This document shows, one piece after another, positions 7,004 through 16,047 of a DNA stretch of 24,000 nt. Position numbers and translations under genes: made by a program. The stretch is from positions 841,154 through 865,153 of the forward strand of contig CAXXLG010000002.1 of the NCBI GenBank assembly GCA_963674495.2, written 5' to 3'. The notes beneath the pieces are model-generated. The model made no database searches and was not told the origin of the DNA. It worked only from the letters and a program-made list of their open reading frames with translations. This DNA comes from Christensenellaceae bacterium. Its GTDB lineage: Bacteria > Bacillota > Clostridia > Christensenellales > QAND01. Each line of letters begins with the position of its first letter. The stretch's first letter is position 1.

Positions 7004-8906
7004 ATATCTCCTCAAGGCTCAGGCTCAATGCCTCCCAGTGATGCATCGCCTCTTGTAGAGATGTACGCAGCTCTTCCAGTCTCTTGGTGGTGCTCAGCGC
7101 TTTTTCATAGTTGCAAGCTACCGCCGGGTCGTTCAATTCTGCCTGCTGCGCATCGATGTCCGATTCAATATTTTGAATTTCATCCTCCACCTTGCGTAGT
7201 TGGGCGCGTAGCCGGCGCAAAGCGGCAGCATCGCCACGCTGCTTTGCACTTTCGCTGGGCGCTTTGGACATAGGTGTTTTGGGTTCCAATAAATTCTCCT
7301 GTTTTGACAGATGGACCAGGTAATCGTCGTAGTTGCCAATGCTTTCCATCAAACCGTCTTTGGTCAGGGACAGTATGCGCGTGGCCAGCCGGTTGACCAG
7401 ATACCGGTCATGGGAGATGATCAGCAAGGTGCCTTCGTAGCCAAGCAACGCACTTTCCAGCGCTTCGCGCGACGGTGTGTCCAGATGGTTGGTTGGCTCG
7501 TCCAATAGCAATAGATTGGCACGGCCGAGCATCAGCTTTAACAGCTCCACCCGCGCACGTTCGCCACCGGACAGAGCCGCAACGGATTTGTATACCTCGT
7601 CCCCTTTGAACAAAAAGGCTGCAAGCGCACTTCTTACCTGCGTTTCGTCCATTGCGGGATAGTCGTTTTGGATTTGCGTAAGCGGCGTGCCTTGCGGATC
7701 CAATCTGCTTTGGTGTTGGTCGTAGTAGCCGACCGTGATGTGCGCGCCAAGATGGATGGAGCCAGTATCTGGCGTTAGCTCACCCAAAAGGATGCGCATC
7801 AGCGTGGTCTTTCCGCAGCCATTGGACCCCAAAAGGAACACACGCTCGCCTTGGCGAAGGTGCAGGTTTACGTTGGAAAACAGCGGCTTATCAAAGGATT
7901 TACTTATGTTCTCCCCTATGAGCACATCCTGACCGCCGCTCTGTTTGGCATCCAGCGCAAAGCGGATGGACAGCGGCGCCTTGTCCGGTTTTTTGACGGC
8001 GGCGCGCAGCTTCTCCAATTGATGTTCCTTGTGCTCGGCGGTACGGATACTGCGCTCGCGGTTCCATCTTCGAAAACGCGCGATCATTTCCTCCATGCGC
8101 TGTATCTCCTTTTGCGCCGCATGAAAATTCTTTTGCTCAATCTCGCGTCTTTGTTGTTTCTGTAACAAATACGCGGAATACCCGCCGTCGTAACGGGTAA
8201 GCTGCTTGTTCGCAAGCTCCAGCGTAAGCGTCGTAACTCTGTCTAGAAAAAACCGGTCGTGTGAAATGACCAGCATTCCACCGACGTATTGGGACAAAAA
8301 TCCTTCCATCCACTCCACACTTTGCATGTCCAGATGGTTGGTTGGTTCGTCCAACAGCAACAGGTCTGGTTCATCCAATAGCAACTTGGCCATCTGCGCT
8401 TTACTCCTCTGCCCGCCGGACAAAGCTTGCATCGGCAGTGAGAGGTCCTTTTCGTCAAAACCCATACCCAACAGCGTGGAACGCGTACGGGCGCGGAAAG
8501 TCAATCCGCCGTCGCTTTGGAAGCGCTCGATCAATGCGGCCTGCCGCTCGATCAGCTTGTCCAGATCATACGGTTGCGCATCCAAGGCCTTGTGCAACGA
8601 TTCGAGCTGCGCTTCAACCGCCATCAAGGACTTGAACACGGAGAGCGTTTCGTCGTACAGCGTACGCGTAGGTAAGAAATCCGCGTGCTGGGCAAGGTGG
8701 CCGCCACGCATGCCCTTTTGCAGTGAGATATGGCCGCAATCCGCCGATTCGGTGCCGCACAGTATACGCATCAACGTTGTCTTGCCGCTGCCGTTCATAC
8801 CCACAAGACCCACATGCTGCCCGTCCTGTATGGCAAAGCCCACGTCACAGAACAGGACGTTTCCTCCGAAGGATTTTGCGATTCCATTGGCCTGCAATAC
8901 GATCAT
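7002..8906 (-). CDS. ABC-F family ATPase (two ABC domains, no TM domain, C-terminal coiled coil)
   Basis: Two Walker A motifs (GMNGSGKTT, GSNGCGKTT), two LSGG signatures and two LLLLDEPTNHLD Walker B motifs, with a coiled-coil tail. I prefer the ATG at 8906 (MIVLQANGIAKSF) because AAGGAG lies just upstream. The ORF-track start at 8966 adds 20 non-conserved residues. Confidence 0.85.
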   Translation of the reverse strand: MIVLQANGIAKSFGGNVLFCDVGFAIQDGQHVGLVGMNGSGKTTLMRILCGTESADCGHISLQKGMRGGHLAQHADFLPTRTLYDETLSVFKSLMAVEAQLESLHKALDAQPYDLDKLIERQAALIERFQSDGGLTFRARTRSTLLGMGFDEKDLSLPMQALSGGQRSKAQMAKLLLDEPDLLLLDEPTNHLDMQSVEWMEGFLSQYVGGMLVISHDRFFLDRVTTLTLELANKQLTRYDGGYSAYLLQKQQRREIEQKNFHAAQKEIQRMEEMIARFRRWNRERSIRTAEHKEHQLEKLRAAVKKPDKAPLSIRFALDAKQSGGQDVLIGENISKSFDKPLFSNVNLHLRQGERVFLLGSNGCGKTTLMRILLGELTPDTGSIHLGAHITVGYYDQHQSRLDPQGTPLTQIQNDYPAMDETQVRSALAAFLFKGDEVYKSVAALSGGERARVELLKLMLGRANLLLLDEPTNHLDTPSREALESALLGYEGTLLIISHDRYLVNRLATRILSLTKDGLMESIGNYDDYLVHLSKQENLLEPKTPMSKAPSESAKQRGDAAALRRLRAQLRKVEDEIQNIESDIDAQQAELNDPAVACNYEKALSTTKRLEELRTSLQEAMHHWEALSLSLEEI

Positions 8907-9341
8907 GGTTCTCCTTGGTCTGTAAAAAAGTCGGATGAAACCAGTGTACTGCATTTTATCGTTCATTTCAATTTGATCGCCTGATTAGGTTTGTCCAAGC
9001 GGTTTATGGGAAAAATAGCCACAACAAATAAAAAAGAGGGAAGATGTACCCTGCTGTACTGTTTGTCATCCAGCGCAATGGTGGATTGTGCATGAATTAT
9101 GATAGGATAGGATGAGATGGGACGGAAAAGCATGCCGCGATTGCCGAGTCAAAGGCGAGACCGACGAAAACAACGCTTGAGTGAATGAGCATACACCAAC
9201 GCGTTCTATAAAGCGGGCGTTCCGCTTCGATTCGAAGCGCGCGGGCATGGAGAAATGCCCGTATGCAGCGTTATTCTGCGATAAACAGAGAATAAAGTGG
9301 ATTTTGGATTGATATTTTGTTACAAAAGTATTAAGCTGAAT

Positions 9342-9370
9342 TTGACAGTAAATTTTGTCCAAGCTATAAT
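9342..9370 (+). promoter_or_regulatory. Consensus sigma-A promoter for the YabE-like gene
   Basis: Perfect TTGACA (9342-9347), a 17-nt spacer, then TATAAT (9365-9370). Confidence 0.8.
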
Positions 9371-9411
9371 AAACACTCAAACAAGGTTGTGGAAAGGGGC
9401 GTTGCGCCGAC

Positions 9412-11178
9412 ATGAAAGTCAAAAAAAAGCGGCATGTGGATATCGAACTGTATCCGCAGACGCACCTTAAGGGCATCCTCAAGATGCGCGCCAATGAAAG
9501 GCCGGCACGCGCTATGAAAAAGAGATTTGGCAACGCACTGCGCACCTTTGGTGCGGCGGTGATATTTCCGTTGCTCAAGGGCAAATCGCTGATACGGCGC
9601 GGGTTGAAAAGCACGCGCGTACGTCTTCACGCAGAGCAAGAGGAGACGATTCAGTCCCAAAGCCTACCGTATTATGAGCCCAAGATCAATGCAATGGGCT
9701 ATGCGGGCGGACAGGTGGTCATGTCGATGGAGCAAACGATTGCACCTTCGGATGAACTCTTGCGCCAACGGCGCAAAAAGGCCGCGCGTAAACGCACCAG
9801 CAACGATAAGCGGACAATAACGAAGCGTTTATCGCATGAGGCATCTGTTGTAAACGTAGAATCCGACGGTACGGCAGCCTTGTGGATGGAACAAGCGCTG
9901 CCTTCTCCCGGCGCCATACCGCAGCGGCAGGATAGGACCAAAACCAAGGATGATTCGAAAAAGCGTCGTACGAAAAATAAAACAAAGACGGCACGGGCGA
10001 GCGCGGGAAAACGCACCGTCAAGTGGAAGAACATTGCCATAGCGTTGGCATGCTGTGCGTTTTTCGGCCTGTTCGGGTGGTATATGCTTGAGGGAAGGTT
10101 TTGTGTTGTCAACGTGTTTGATGACGGTTCCCTGCAATCGGTGCGGACCAAGGAAGCAACGGTAGAAGCGATGTTTGCCGAGGCGGGCATCGGCTTAACC
10201 GCTGAAGATTTGGTGTCCGTAGCGTTGGGCGAAAAACCGCAGGAAGGTATGGTGTTGAGCATCCAGCGTGCGCGCGACGTCGACATCACCATCGAAGGGC
10301 AAAACATGTCGGTGCGTTTAGCACAGGGTACGGTGGAGGATGCACTGGCGCTTGCGGGCATTACCTGTTACGAGAACGATGCCGTGATACCCGCCCTTGA
10401 CACGCCCGTTCGCACCAATATGGATGTGCAGGTCTATCGTGCCAAGACACTGCACATCAAGACAAAGAACAAAACAATGGAGGTGCAGATGGGGTTGGGC
10501 ACGGTGGGTGATGCGCTGACCAAAGCGGGCATTACCTACGACGACGGGGACGAGATCAGTCCATCCACGGGCACAGCGATAGAGGACGGCATGGAGATCA
10601 GCTTCATGTCGGTGGACATCAAAACGGTAACGCATACGGAAACAATCAAATATGATACGGTGCGCAAGAACTCCAGCAAATACTACTATGGAACCACAAG
10701 GGTCTCACAGACGGGCAAGAACGGCACAAGGACTATCGTAGAGGAGGTCACCTACGAGGACGGCAAAGAGGTTTCACGCAAGAAGATATCCAACAAAGTA
10801 ACAAAGGAACCGGTGGATAAGATCATTCTGGTGGGCACCAAGGCGACCAGCAACCACGCCATCGAAGACCTGCCCGCGGGCGGTCCCCCGGAATCGATGA
10901 TCGCATATTCCGTAACCATGACGCAGATAACGGCGTATACGCATACGGGTTACAGGACCGCTTCCGGGAAATGGCCGACGGTGGGCATGTGTGCGATTGA
11001 CCGCCGGGTCTTTTTGTACGGCACGGTATTCTATATACCGGGATATGGCTATGCCGTGGCGGAGGATACCGGATCGGGTGTGGGGGATCCCTACAGCATG
11101 GACGTGTTTATGGACACGAAAGCAGATTGCCTTAGATGGGGACGCAAGCGCAATAAGGTTGTATATGTGTTAAAATAG
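9412..11178 (+). CDS. yabE: YabE-like cell-wall protein with 3x DUF348, G5 and C-terminal 3D domains, plus a long basic N-terminal extension
   Basis: There is a TM segment near residues 207-228, then three DUF348-like repeats (...GTVEDALALAGI..., ...GTVGDALTKAGI...). A G5 region follows (YGTTRVSQTGKNGTRTIVEEVTYEDGKEV) and then a 3D domain (ITAYTHTGYRTASGKWP...VAEDTGSGV). The position next to rsmA matches the B. subtilis yabE-ksgA arrangement. Confidence 0.8.
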   Translation: MKVKKKRHVDIELYPQTHLKGILKMRANERPARAMKKRFGNALRTFGAAVIFPLLKGKSLIRRGLKSTRVRLHAEQEETIQSQSLPYYEPKINAMGYAGGQVVMSMEQTIAPSDELLRQRRKKAARKRTSNDKRTITKRLSHEASVVNVESDGTAALWMEQALPSPGAIPQRQDRTKTKDDSKKRRTKNKTKTARASAGKRTVKWKNIAIALACCAFFGLFGWYMLEGRFCVVNVFDDGSLQSVRTKEATVEAMFAEAGIGLTAEDLVSVALGEKPQEGMVLSIQRARDVDITIEGQNMSVRLAQGTVEDALALAGITCYENDAVIPALDTPVRTNMDVQVYRAKTLHIKTKNKTMEVQMGLGTVGDALTKAGITYDDGDEISPSTGTAIEDGMEISFMSVDIKTVTHTETIKYDTVRKNSSKYYYGTTRVSQTGKNGTRTIVEEVTYEDGKEVSRKKISNKVTKEPVDKIILVGTKATSNHAIEDLPAGGPPESMIAYSVTMTQITAYTHTGYRTASGKWPTVGMCAIDRRVFLYGTVFYIPGYGYAVAEDTGSGVGDPYSMDVFMDTKADCLRWGRKRNKVVYVLK

Positions 11179-11187
11179 CAGGAACGC

Positions 11188-11215
11188 AAAGGGCGCCGTA
11201 CGGCGCCTTTTTTTG
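11188..11215 (+). terminator. Intrinsic terminator after the YabE-like gene
   Basis: Stem GGCGCC / GGCGCC extended by A/T pairs, followed by a T8 run. Confidence 0.85.
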
Positions 11216-11232
11216 TAAAGGGGATAGATCGG

Positions 11233-12093
11233 ATGCGGTATGACGGGGCAAACATCGTACAATTGAAGCAGGCTTTGGGAGAGTACGGCCTTTCGCCCAA
11301 CAAGAAACTTGGGCAAAATTTTTTATGCGACGCAAACATTGCTGATGCCATCGTGAATGTGGCAGGTGATATTGACAAAAGAACGGTGTTGGAGATCGGT
11401 CCGGGCGCGGGTGCGCTGACGGTGCGATTGCTCCAAAAAGCCGCCCGGGTCATCGCCGTCGAATTGGATGCTGGGCTGTGCCGGTTGCTCAATTCCCGTA
11501 TTGACGATCCGCGCTTTACGCTCATTCACGATGATGCGTTGAAGATTCCTCCGGGCGATATCGGTTTGACACAACCTGCCACGCTGGTTGCCAACCTGCC
11601 ATACTATGCTACAACGCCCCTCATCATGCGATATTTAACGCAATGTCCCGCTGTGGATTGTTTTGTGATGATGATGCAAAAGGAGGTGGCGCAGCGCTTG
11701 TGTGCGCCACCCGGCGGTCGGGATTACGGAGCGGTGAGCGTGGCTGTGCAATACTATACGAATGCGCACACGGCTTTGAATGTTGCGCCATCCTGCTTTT
11801 ATCCCGTTCCGGGGGTGTTCTCTACGGTGGTGTTGATGGATCGACGCGAACCCACCGTAAAACTGAAGGATGAGGATAGGTTGTTCCGCGTGGTACGCGC
11901 CTGTTTCGCGATGCGCCGCAAGACGCTGTTGAACAATTTAGCCGCCATGGATGGCCTTGGCAGGGAGGGCGCGAAACAGGTGCTTGCGATGGGCGGTATC
12001 GATGGATCGGTACGCGGTGAAACACTGTCGCTTGACGCATTTATTGCGTTGGCGGATGCCGTGGGGGATGTGTTGCGCGACAAAAAAAGATGA
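11233..12093 (+). CDS. rsmA: 16S rRNA (adenine1518/1519-N6)-dimethyltransferase
   Basis: LGQNFL motif, the SAM-binding motif EIGPGAGALT, and NLPYY. Confidence 0.92.
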   Translation: MRYDGANIVQLKQALGEYGLSPNKKLGQNFLCDANIADAIVNVAGDIDKRTVLEIGPGAGALTVRLLQKAARVIAVELDAGLCRLLNSRIDDPRFTLIHDDALKIPPGDIGLTQPATLVANLPYYATTPLIMRYLTQCPAVDCFVMMMQKEVAQRLCAPPGGRDYGAVSVAVQYYTNAHTALNVAPSCFYPVPGVFSTVVLMDRREPTVKLKDEDRLFRVVRACFAMRRKTLLNNLAAMDGLGREGAKQVLAMGGIDGSVRGETLSLDAFIALADAVGDVLRDKKR

Positions 12094-12137
12094 CACAAGG
12101 CGGCGGCGCAAGAAGACGCTGCGTACTAGCCTGTGCG

Positions 12138-12162
12138 AAGACCGGTAAGCCGGTCTTTTTTG
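12138..12162 (+). terminator. Intrinsic terminator after rsmA
   Basis: Stem AAGACCGG / CCGGTCTT with a TAAG loop, followed by TTTTTTGTTTTT. Confidence 0.8.
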
Positions 12163-12231
12163 TTTTTGTGGACAAGTGTCATGCGGCAGGGATGTTGATG
12201 CATACATTGTTGGATGAAAGGGGGATGTGCC

Positions 12232-13551
12232 GTGAACATCAAACAACAATATATCGTACTGTATGCACAAGATCACAAAACTACAACGGGATTTGTCAAA
12301 TTGACATACCGGGGTGACGAGACCAGGGTGAACACCCGGGTTTCCGTGTGCGCTGATGCAAGGGTTGAGGTAATGCTGGACAACGGAATGCAGCGAATAC
12401 GCCTGCCCTTGCAAGCGCAGCATGGCATGCATGTGGCCAACCACGGTGCGCGCTTTGGCGGTACGCGCATCGTGGTGGCAGTATGTGATGATGGCGGGTT
12501 GTTGGCGTTGGGTGAAAGCAGGCTGCCCAAAGCAAACTGGCATTTATACGGGAGATTGTGCAAGATGGGGAACGCAGCTGGCCAGACCATGGTCGAAACA
12601 AAGGAAAGGCTTGTAGAACCTGTTTCTCAAATCTCTGAGACGTATGGGGAGAAGCAAGCGAAAGCCGTGTATGGTGGACAGGATGATGCACCCATAACGG
12701 AAGATGCATATGATCAAACGCCGGCCATGCAGACCATGCAGGAAAAACAGGAACGCCCCGCCCATGTAAAATACGCCGAGCCGGAAAGATCCCAGCCGGA
12801 TGCGGTGACCGCGGCGGATGATCTGCCCGATATCGGGTGGCCGCAGCATGAAGAACAAGCACAACCCATGGGAATGAAGCAGGCTGAACCGCCATGTGAG
12901 CAGAATAACGAGGATCAATCACCGACGGACGAACGGCTTGTGGAAACGCCGTATGAGTCCGATGAACCACAAGGGTCCAGCGTGCAGGAGCCGGACGTAT
13001 CGCCATGCCATGCAACGGCCGATATGGACGTATTTGGAACGGATGAAACCGATCCGATTTGTTTTCAAACAGATGAGCCGGTGGATGTATCCACGCATTC
13101 GCGGCAAAGGTCTTTTCTCAGTGCGCGGCAATCCGTACAATCCTCGAACGAACTTGACGGGGATGCGGTGTCCAGGGCACAGGATAACCACCTCCCGCAA
13201 GATGTGAGCATACCAAAAGGTTGTCCGTACGTTATGCCTCCACCCATCAACGCGGCTGTACAAAAGCCGGTAATGTTTCAAACAGGCGATACGCAAAAGG
13301 CGATCAAGTTGAACGTTGAAGGACCGTACGCACAGCTTTGGAAGTGGCGTCGTGTAACGTCCAAAGAAAGGGGATACAGTTATTTGATGGGAGAAGTGGA
13401 ACAAAGCGGCAAAGTCGTCGCCGTGGCCGTTGCTGTACCGGGCGTATATGCGCCTGCTCCCCCCGCCAACCTACGGGGCTTTACAATTTTCCGAGAAGGT
13501 TATTGGTTGTTGGCACAGGATGCGCAAACGGGGGAACGCCTACCCATTTAA
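12232..13551 (+). CDS. Hypothetical protein with small N- and C-terminal domains joined by a ~230-aa acidic, Q/E/P/D-rich low-complexity region
   Basis: It is a long ORF bounded by the rsmA terminator. I prefer the GTG start at 12232 because GGGGGA lies 6-7 nt upstream. The ATG at 12214 has no RBS. I recognise no family motif. Confidence 0.6.
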   Translation: MNIKQQYIVLYAQDHKTTTGFVKLTYRGDETRVNTRVSVCADARVEVMLDNGMQRIRLPLQAQHGMHVANHGARFGGTRIVVAVCDDGGLLALGESRLPKANWHLYGRLCKMGNAAGQTMVETKERLVEPVSQISETYGEKQAKAVYGGQDDAPITEDAYDQTPAMQTMQEKQERPAHVKYAEPERSQPDAVTAADDLPDIGWPQHEEQAQPMGMKQAEPPCEQNNEDQSPTDERLVETPYESDEPQGSSVQEPDVSPCHATADMDVFGTDETDPICFQTDEPVDVSTHSRQRSFLSARQSVQSSNELDGDAVSRAQDNHLPQDVSIPKGCPYVMPPPINAAVQKPVMFQTGDTQKAIKLNVEGPYAQLWKWRRVTSKERGYSYLMGEVEQSGKVVAVAVAVPGVYAPAPPANLRGFTIFREGYWLLAQDAQTGERLPI

Positions 13552-13601
13552 CGGCGCGATGTCCTTCCATACCCGTGTTTAGGCGATTAAATAGCGGGAG
13601 T

Positions 13602-15836
13602 CTATGGAATCAGCGCTTGTGGTGCCCGCGCATCCGTCGCTTCGCCGGGAGCAAAGTATGCTTCCAACACGGCGCGTGCAACCGGCGCGGCATAGGAACC
13701 GTGTCCGCCCTGCGCGATCATGACGGCGACGGCGATGCGAGGATTATCCGCCGGTGCATAGGCCAAAAACCAGGCGAACGCATCCCGACCGGTACTCTGT
13801 GCCGTACCGGTTTTGGCAGCAACGGACAGTTTGCATCCATCAAATGCGCTGCTGGCCGTTCCGCTTCGCACGGCCTCTTCCATACCGCTCATGACGGTGT
13901 GTACATAGGATGCATTCAAAAAAGCTTCGCTGGCAACGACGGACGAAACGTCGCCCGTGCTATCCGGTAGCGACAGAACCAGCCGCGGCGTATGGCGCAG
14001 TCCGTTTTGCGTGATGGCGGCAACGGCATTGGCCATTTGTACCACGGTGACGGTGGTGTCTCCCTGCCCGATGGCAGCCGCGAGAATACGCGACGGACGC
14101 CATCGAATCAGATCTATGCTTTGGTAAAGGGACAGTGACTGCGCCGCGTTAAAACCCAGCGGCTCGAAAAGCTCCTTTGCCATTGATGGCGATGGATCTA
14201 AAAGCAGCGCCCATATCGCCTTTTCTGTGGCAACTTCATCCACACCGGGTAGTATCGTGCGCATGTTTGCAAGCGTTTGTTTCACTGCCTGAGTATCGCA
14301 TAGCGCTTGGCTGTCCAGCGTACCGTCCGCTTCGCCCAACAGGCCGATGCCCGTTTTTTCGCCAAGACCGAGTCTGCGCGCCATATCTGCCAACGATTCC
14401 GATCCTGTACGAACACCCATCTCATAGAAATAATAATTGCACGATACGGCAAGCGCCTTTTGCATATTTACCAGCCCATGTGTTGTGTGATGTTCATTCC
14501 AAATCCAACAGGCAGGAGCGTCGACCTCAGAAAAATAGGTATACCTACCTTTTGCCAAAATAAATTCTTCCGCAGTAACCACCTGTTTTTCAAGCGCGGC
14601 GAGCGCAGTGACGGGCTTAAACATGCTGCCCGGCGCAAATGCGTTGACGATAGCGTTGTTGATCAGGGGGCGGGGCAGCGTCGGATCACGATTGGTCTCG
14701 CCCGCGGTGGTCAGATATGTGGGGTTAAGTACCTGCCAAGTTTCCTCGTCCAACGTCTGTAAAAACAGGTTGGGATCGTAGGATGGAACCGATGCCATGG
14801 CAAGCACTTCGCTGCTTTGCACATCTATGGCTACCACAGCGCCGATGCTAGCGCTGGAGAACGATTCACCGTACGCGCCTGATCTGATGTTGGACATCGT
14901 ACTTTCAAGCGTTTGCTCCGCCACTGCCTGCAGCGATGCATCCAGTGTCAGCACCACGGTTTCTCCGTCCTGCGCCGGCGTTTGAGACAATACGGCGTTT
15001 CGGTGACCAGTGCTGTCCACCGAAACGGTTACTTCGCCCGCTGTGGGATGCAGCACCTGCTCATACTGAGCTTCAAGGCCGCTTTTTCCTACGATGTCGG
15101 TGTAGATATCGTAGCCTTTTTGTGTATAGGAATCGGCGTCCTCCGCGCTGATTTTACCCAAATACCCAAGACCGTGACAAAAGAGCGTACCGTTTGGATA
15201 TACGCGAACCGGGACCTCCTTACACGTAATGCCCGGCATGATGATACTGTTTTCCGCAAACTGTGCACACAGCGTGGCGTCGGCAAACAACGCAAGCCGC
15301 ACCGGTTTGTAGGCGCGGTAGCTTTGTTGGCTGAGCTGTAGGCGTACCGCCAATACCATAAGATGCGCTTCCTTTGGAATATCCTGTACGCCATAGCGGT
15401 CTACAAGCGCCGCGACAGCATCGTCCGCTGCACAGTCCAGGGAAAGTTTCTGTTCGGACAAGAACACAGATATGTCTGATTGGGTATAGGTATATGCATT
15501 GTTTTCCCATATTATGGGAATGGTACAGGCGGGGGCAACGCCCGCATTGTCAAGAATGACCAAAGCCGCATAGATGCTCTGGTTCAGTTGCGTTTTTTGC
15601 ACGTCGCTGGGCGTTAAAGATACTTCGTACATCAGCGAAGTGCCGGCCAGTATGCGGCCGTATCGATCGACGATCAGCCCGCGCGCGCCTTCCACCGATA
15701 TGGTGCGCACGCGCGATTCGCGCGCCTGTGTGGCATAGTGGTTTCCGCGGATGATCTGTAAAAAAAACAGGATACCAATCAACATGGTAACGCTGGCAAC
15801 ACAGACCAGGCGGAAAGCCCCAATTCTTCGCAGCAT
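13602..15836 (-). CDS. Class B penicillin-binding protein (PBP2/SpoVD/FtsI-type transpeptidase)
   Basis: It has an N-terminal TM anchor and a dimerisation domain. Transpeptidase motifs are SMFK (SxxK), SCN (SxN) and KTGTA (KTG). I prefer the ATG at 15836 because GGAAAGGTG lies 6 nt upstream. Confidence 0.88.
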   Translation of the reverse strand: MLRRIGAFRLVCVASVTMLIGILFFLQIIRGNHYATQARESRVRTISVEGARGLIVDRYGRILAGTSLMYEVSLTPSDVQKTQLNQSIYAALVILDNAGVAPACTIPIIWENNAYTYTQSDISVFLSEQKLSLDCAADDAVAALVDRYGVQDIPKEAHLMVLAVRLQLSQQSYRAYKPVRLALFADATLCAQFAENSIIMPGITCKEVPVRVYPNGTLFCHGLGYLGKISAEDADSYTQKGYDIYTDIVGKSGLEAQYEQVLHPTAGEVTVSVDSTGHRNAVLSQTPAQDGETVVLTLDASLQAVAEQTLESTMSNIRSGAYGESFSSASIGAVVAIDVQSSEVLAMASVPSYDPNLFLQTLDEETWQVLNPTYLTTAGETNRDPTLPRPLINNAIVNAFAPGSMFKPVTALAALEKQVVTAEEFILAKGRYTYFSEVDAPACWIWNEHHTTHGLVNMQKALAVSCNYYFYEMGVRTGSESLADMARRLGLGEKTGIGLLGEADGTLDSQALCDTQAVKQTLANMRTILPGVDEVATEKAIWALLLDPSPSMAKELFEPLGFNAAQSLSLYQSIDLIRWRPSRILAAAIGQGDTTVTVVQMANAVAAITQNGLRHTPRLVLSLPDSTGDVSSVVASEAFLNASYVHTVMSGMEEAVRSGTASSAFDGCKLSVAAKTGTAQSTGRDAFAWFLAYAPADNPRIAVAVMIAQGGHGSYAAPVARAVLEAYFAPGEATDARAPQALIP

Positions 15837-15868
15837 AATGAACACCTTTCCGTATGGAACTACAGACA

Positions 15869-15911
15869 TACGACAGTCGAAACAGCGCTGTGTTTATCCT
15901 ATTTTGTCGAA
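15869..15911. promoter_or_regulatory. Cluster of Spo0A-box-like sites in the PBP / spo0A divergent region
   Basis: Exact TGTCGAA at 15905-15911, AGTCGAA (6/7) at 15875-15881, and inverted TACGACA (TGTCGTA on the minus strand, 6/7) at 15869-15875. These lie 137-180 nt upstream of the spo0A ATG. Confidence 0.45.
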
Positions 15912-16047
15912 GACAGGCTATTTCTTTCCGTATACCTCGATCTTGTTTCATTTTTCCCGAGAAATATGTTAATATTCATCCAGTGCAATACAATCGCATA
16001 AAAGCCATTAATTTTAGTCAAAAAAGACATGAAAGAGGGAAGCGATA

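Noticed and set aside
7477-8380. A repeated antisense peptide, MSRWLVGSSNSNR, that appears twice in the ORF track.
   Set aside because: It is simply the reverse-strand image of the duplicated LLLLDEPTNHLD Walker B region of the two ABC domains of the ABC-F protein. It is not a mobile or repeat element.
8985-9341. A possible c-di-AMP (ydaO-type) riboswitch, since such riboswitches often precede cell-wall hydrolase genes of this type.
   Set aside because: I could not find the conserved ydaO-type core sequences. The segment also lies upstream of the consensus promoter, so it would not be in the mRNA leader.
9066-9614. A 182-aa minus-strand ORF spanning the yabE-like promoter and start.
   Set aside because: It crosses a consensus promoter and the 5' end of a supported gene on the other strand, and it has no RBS or motifs.
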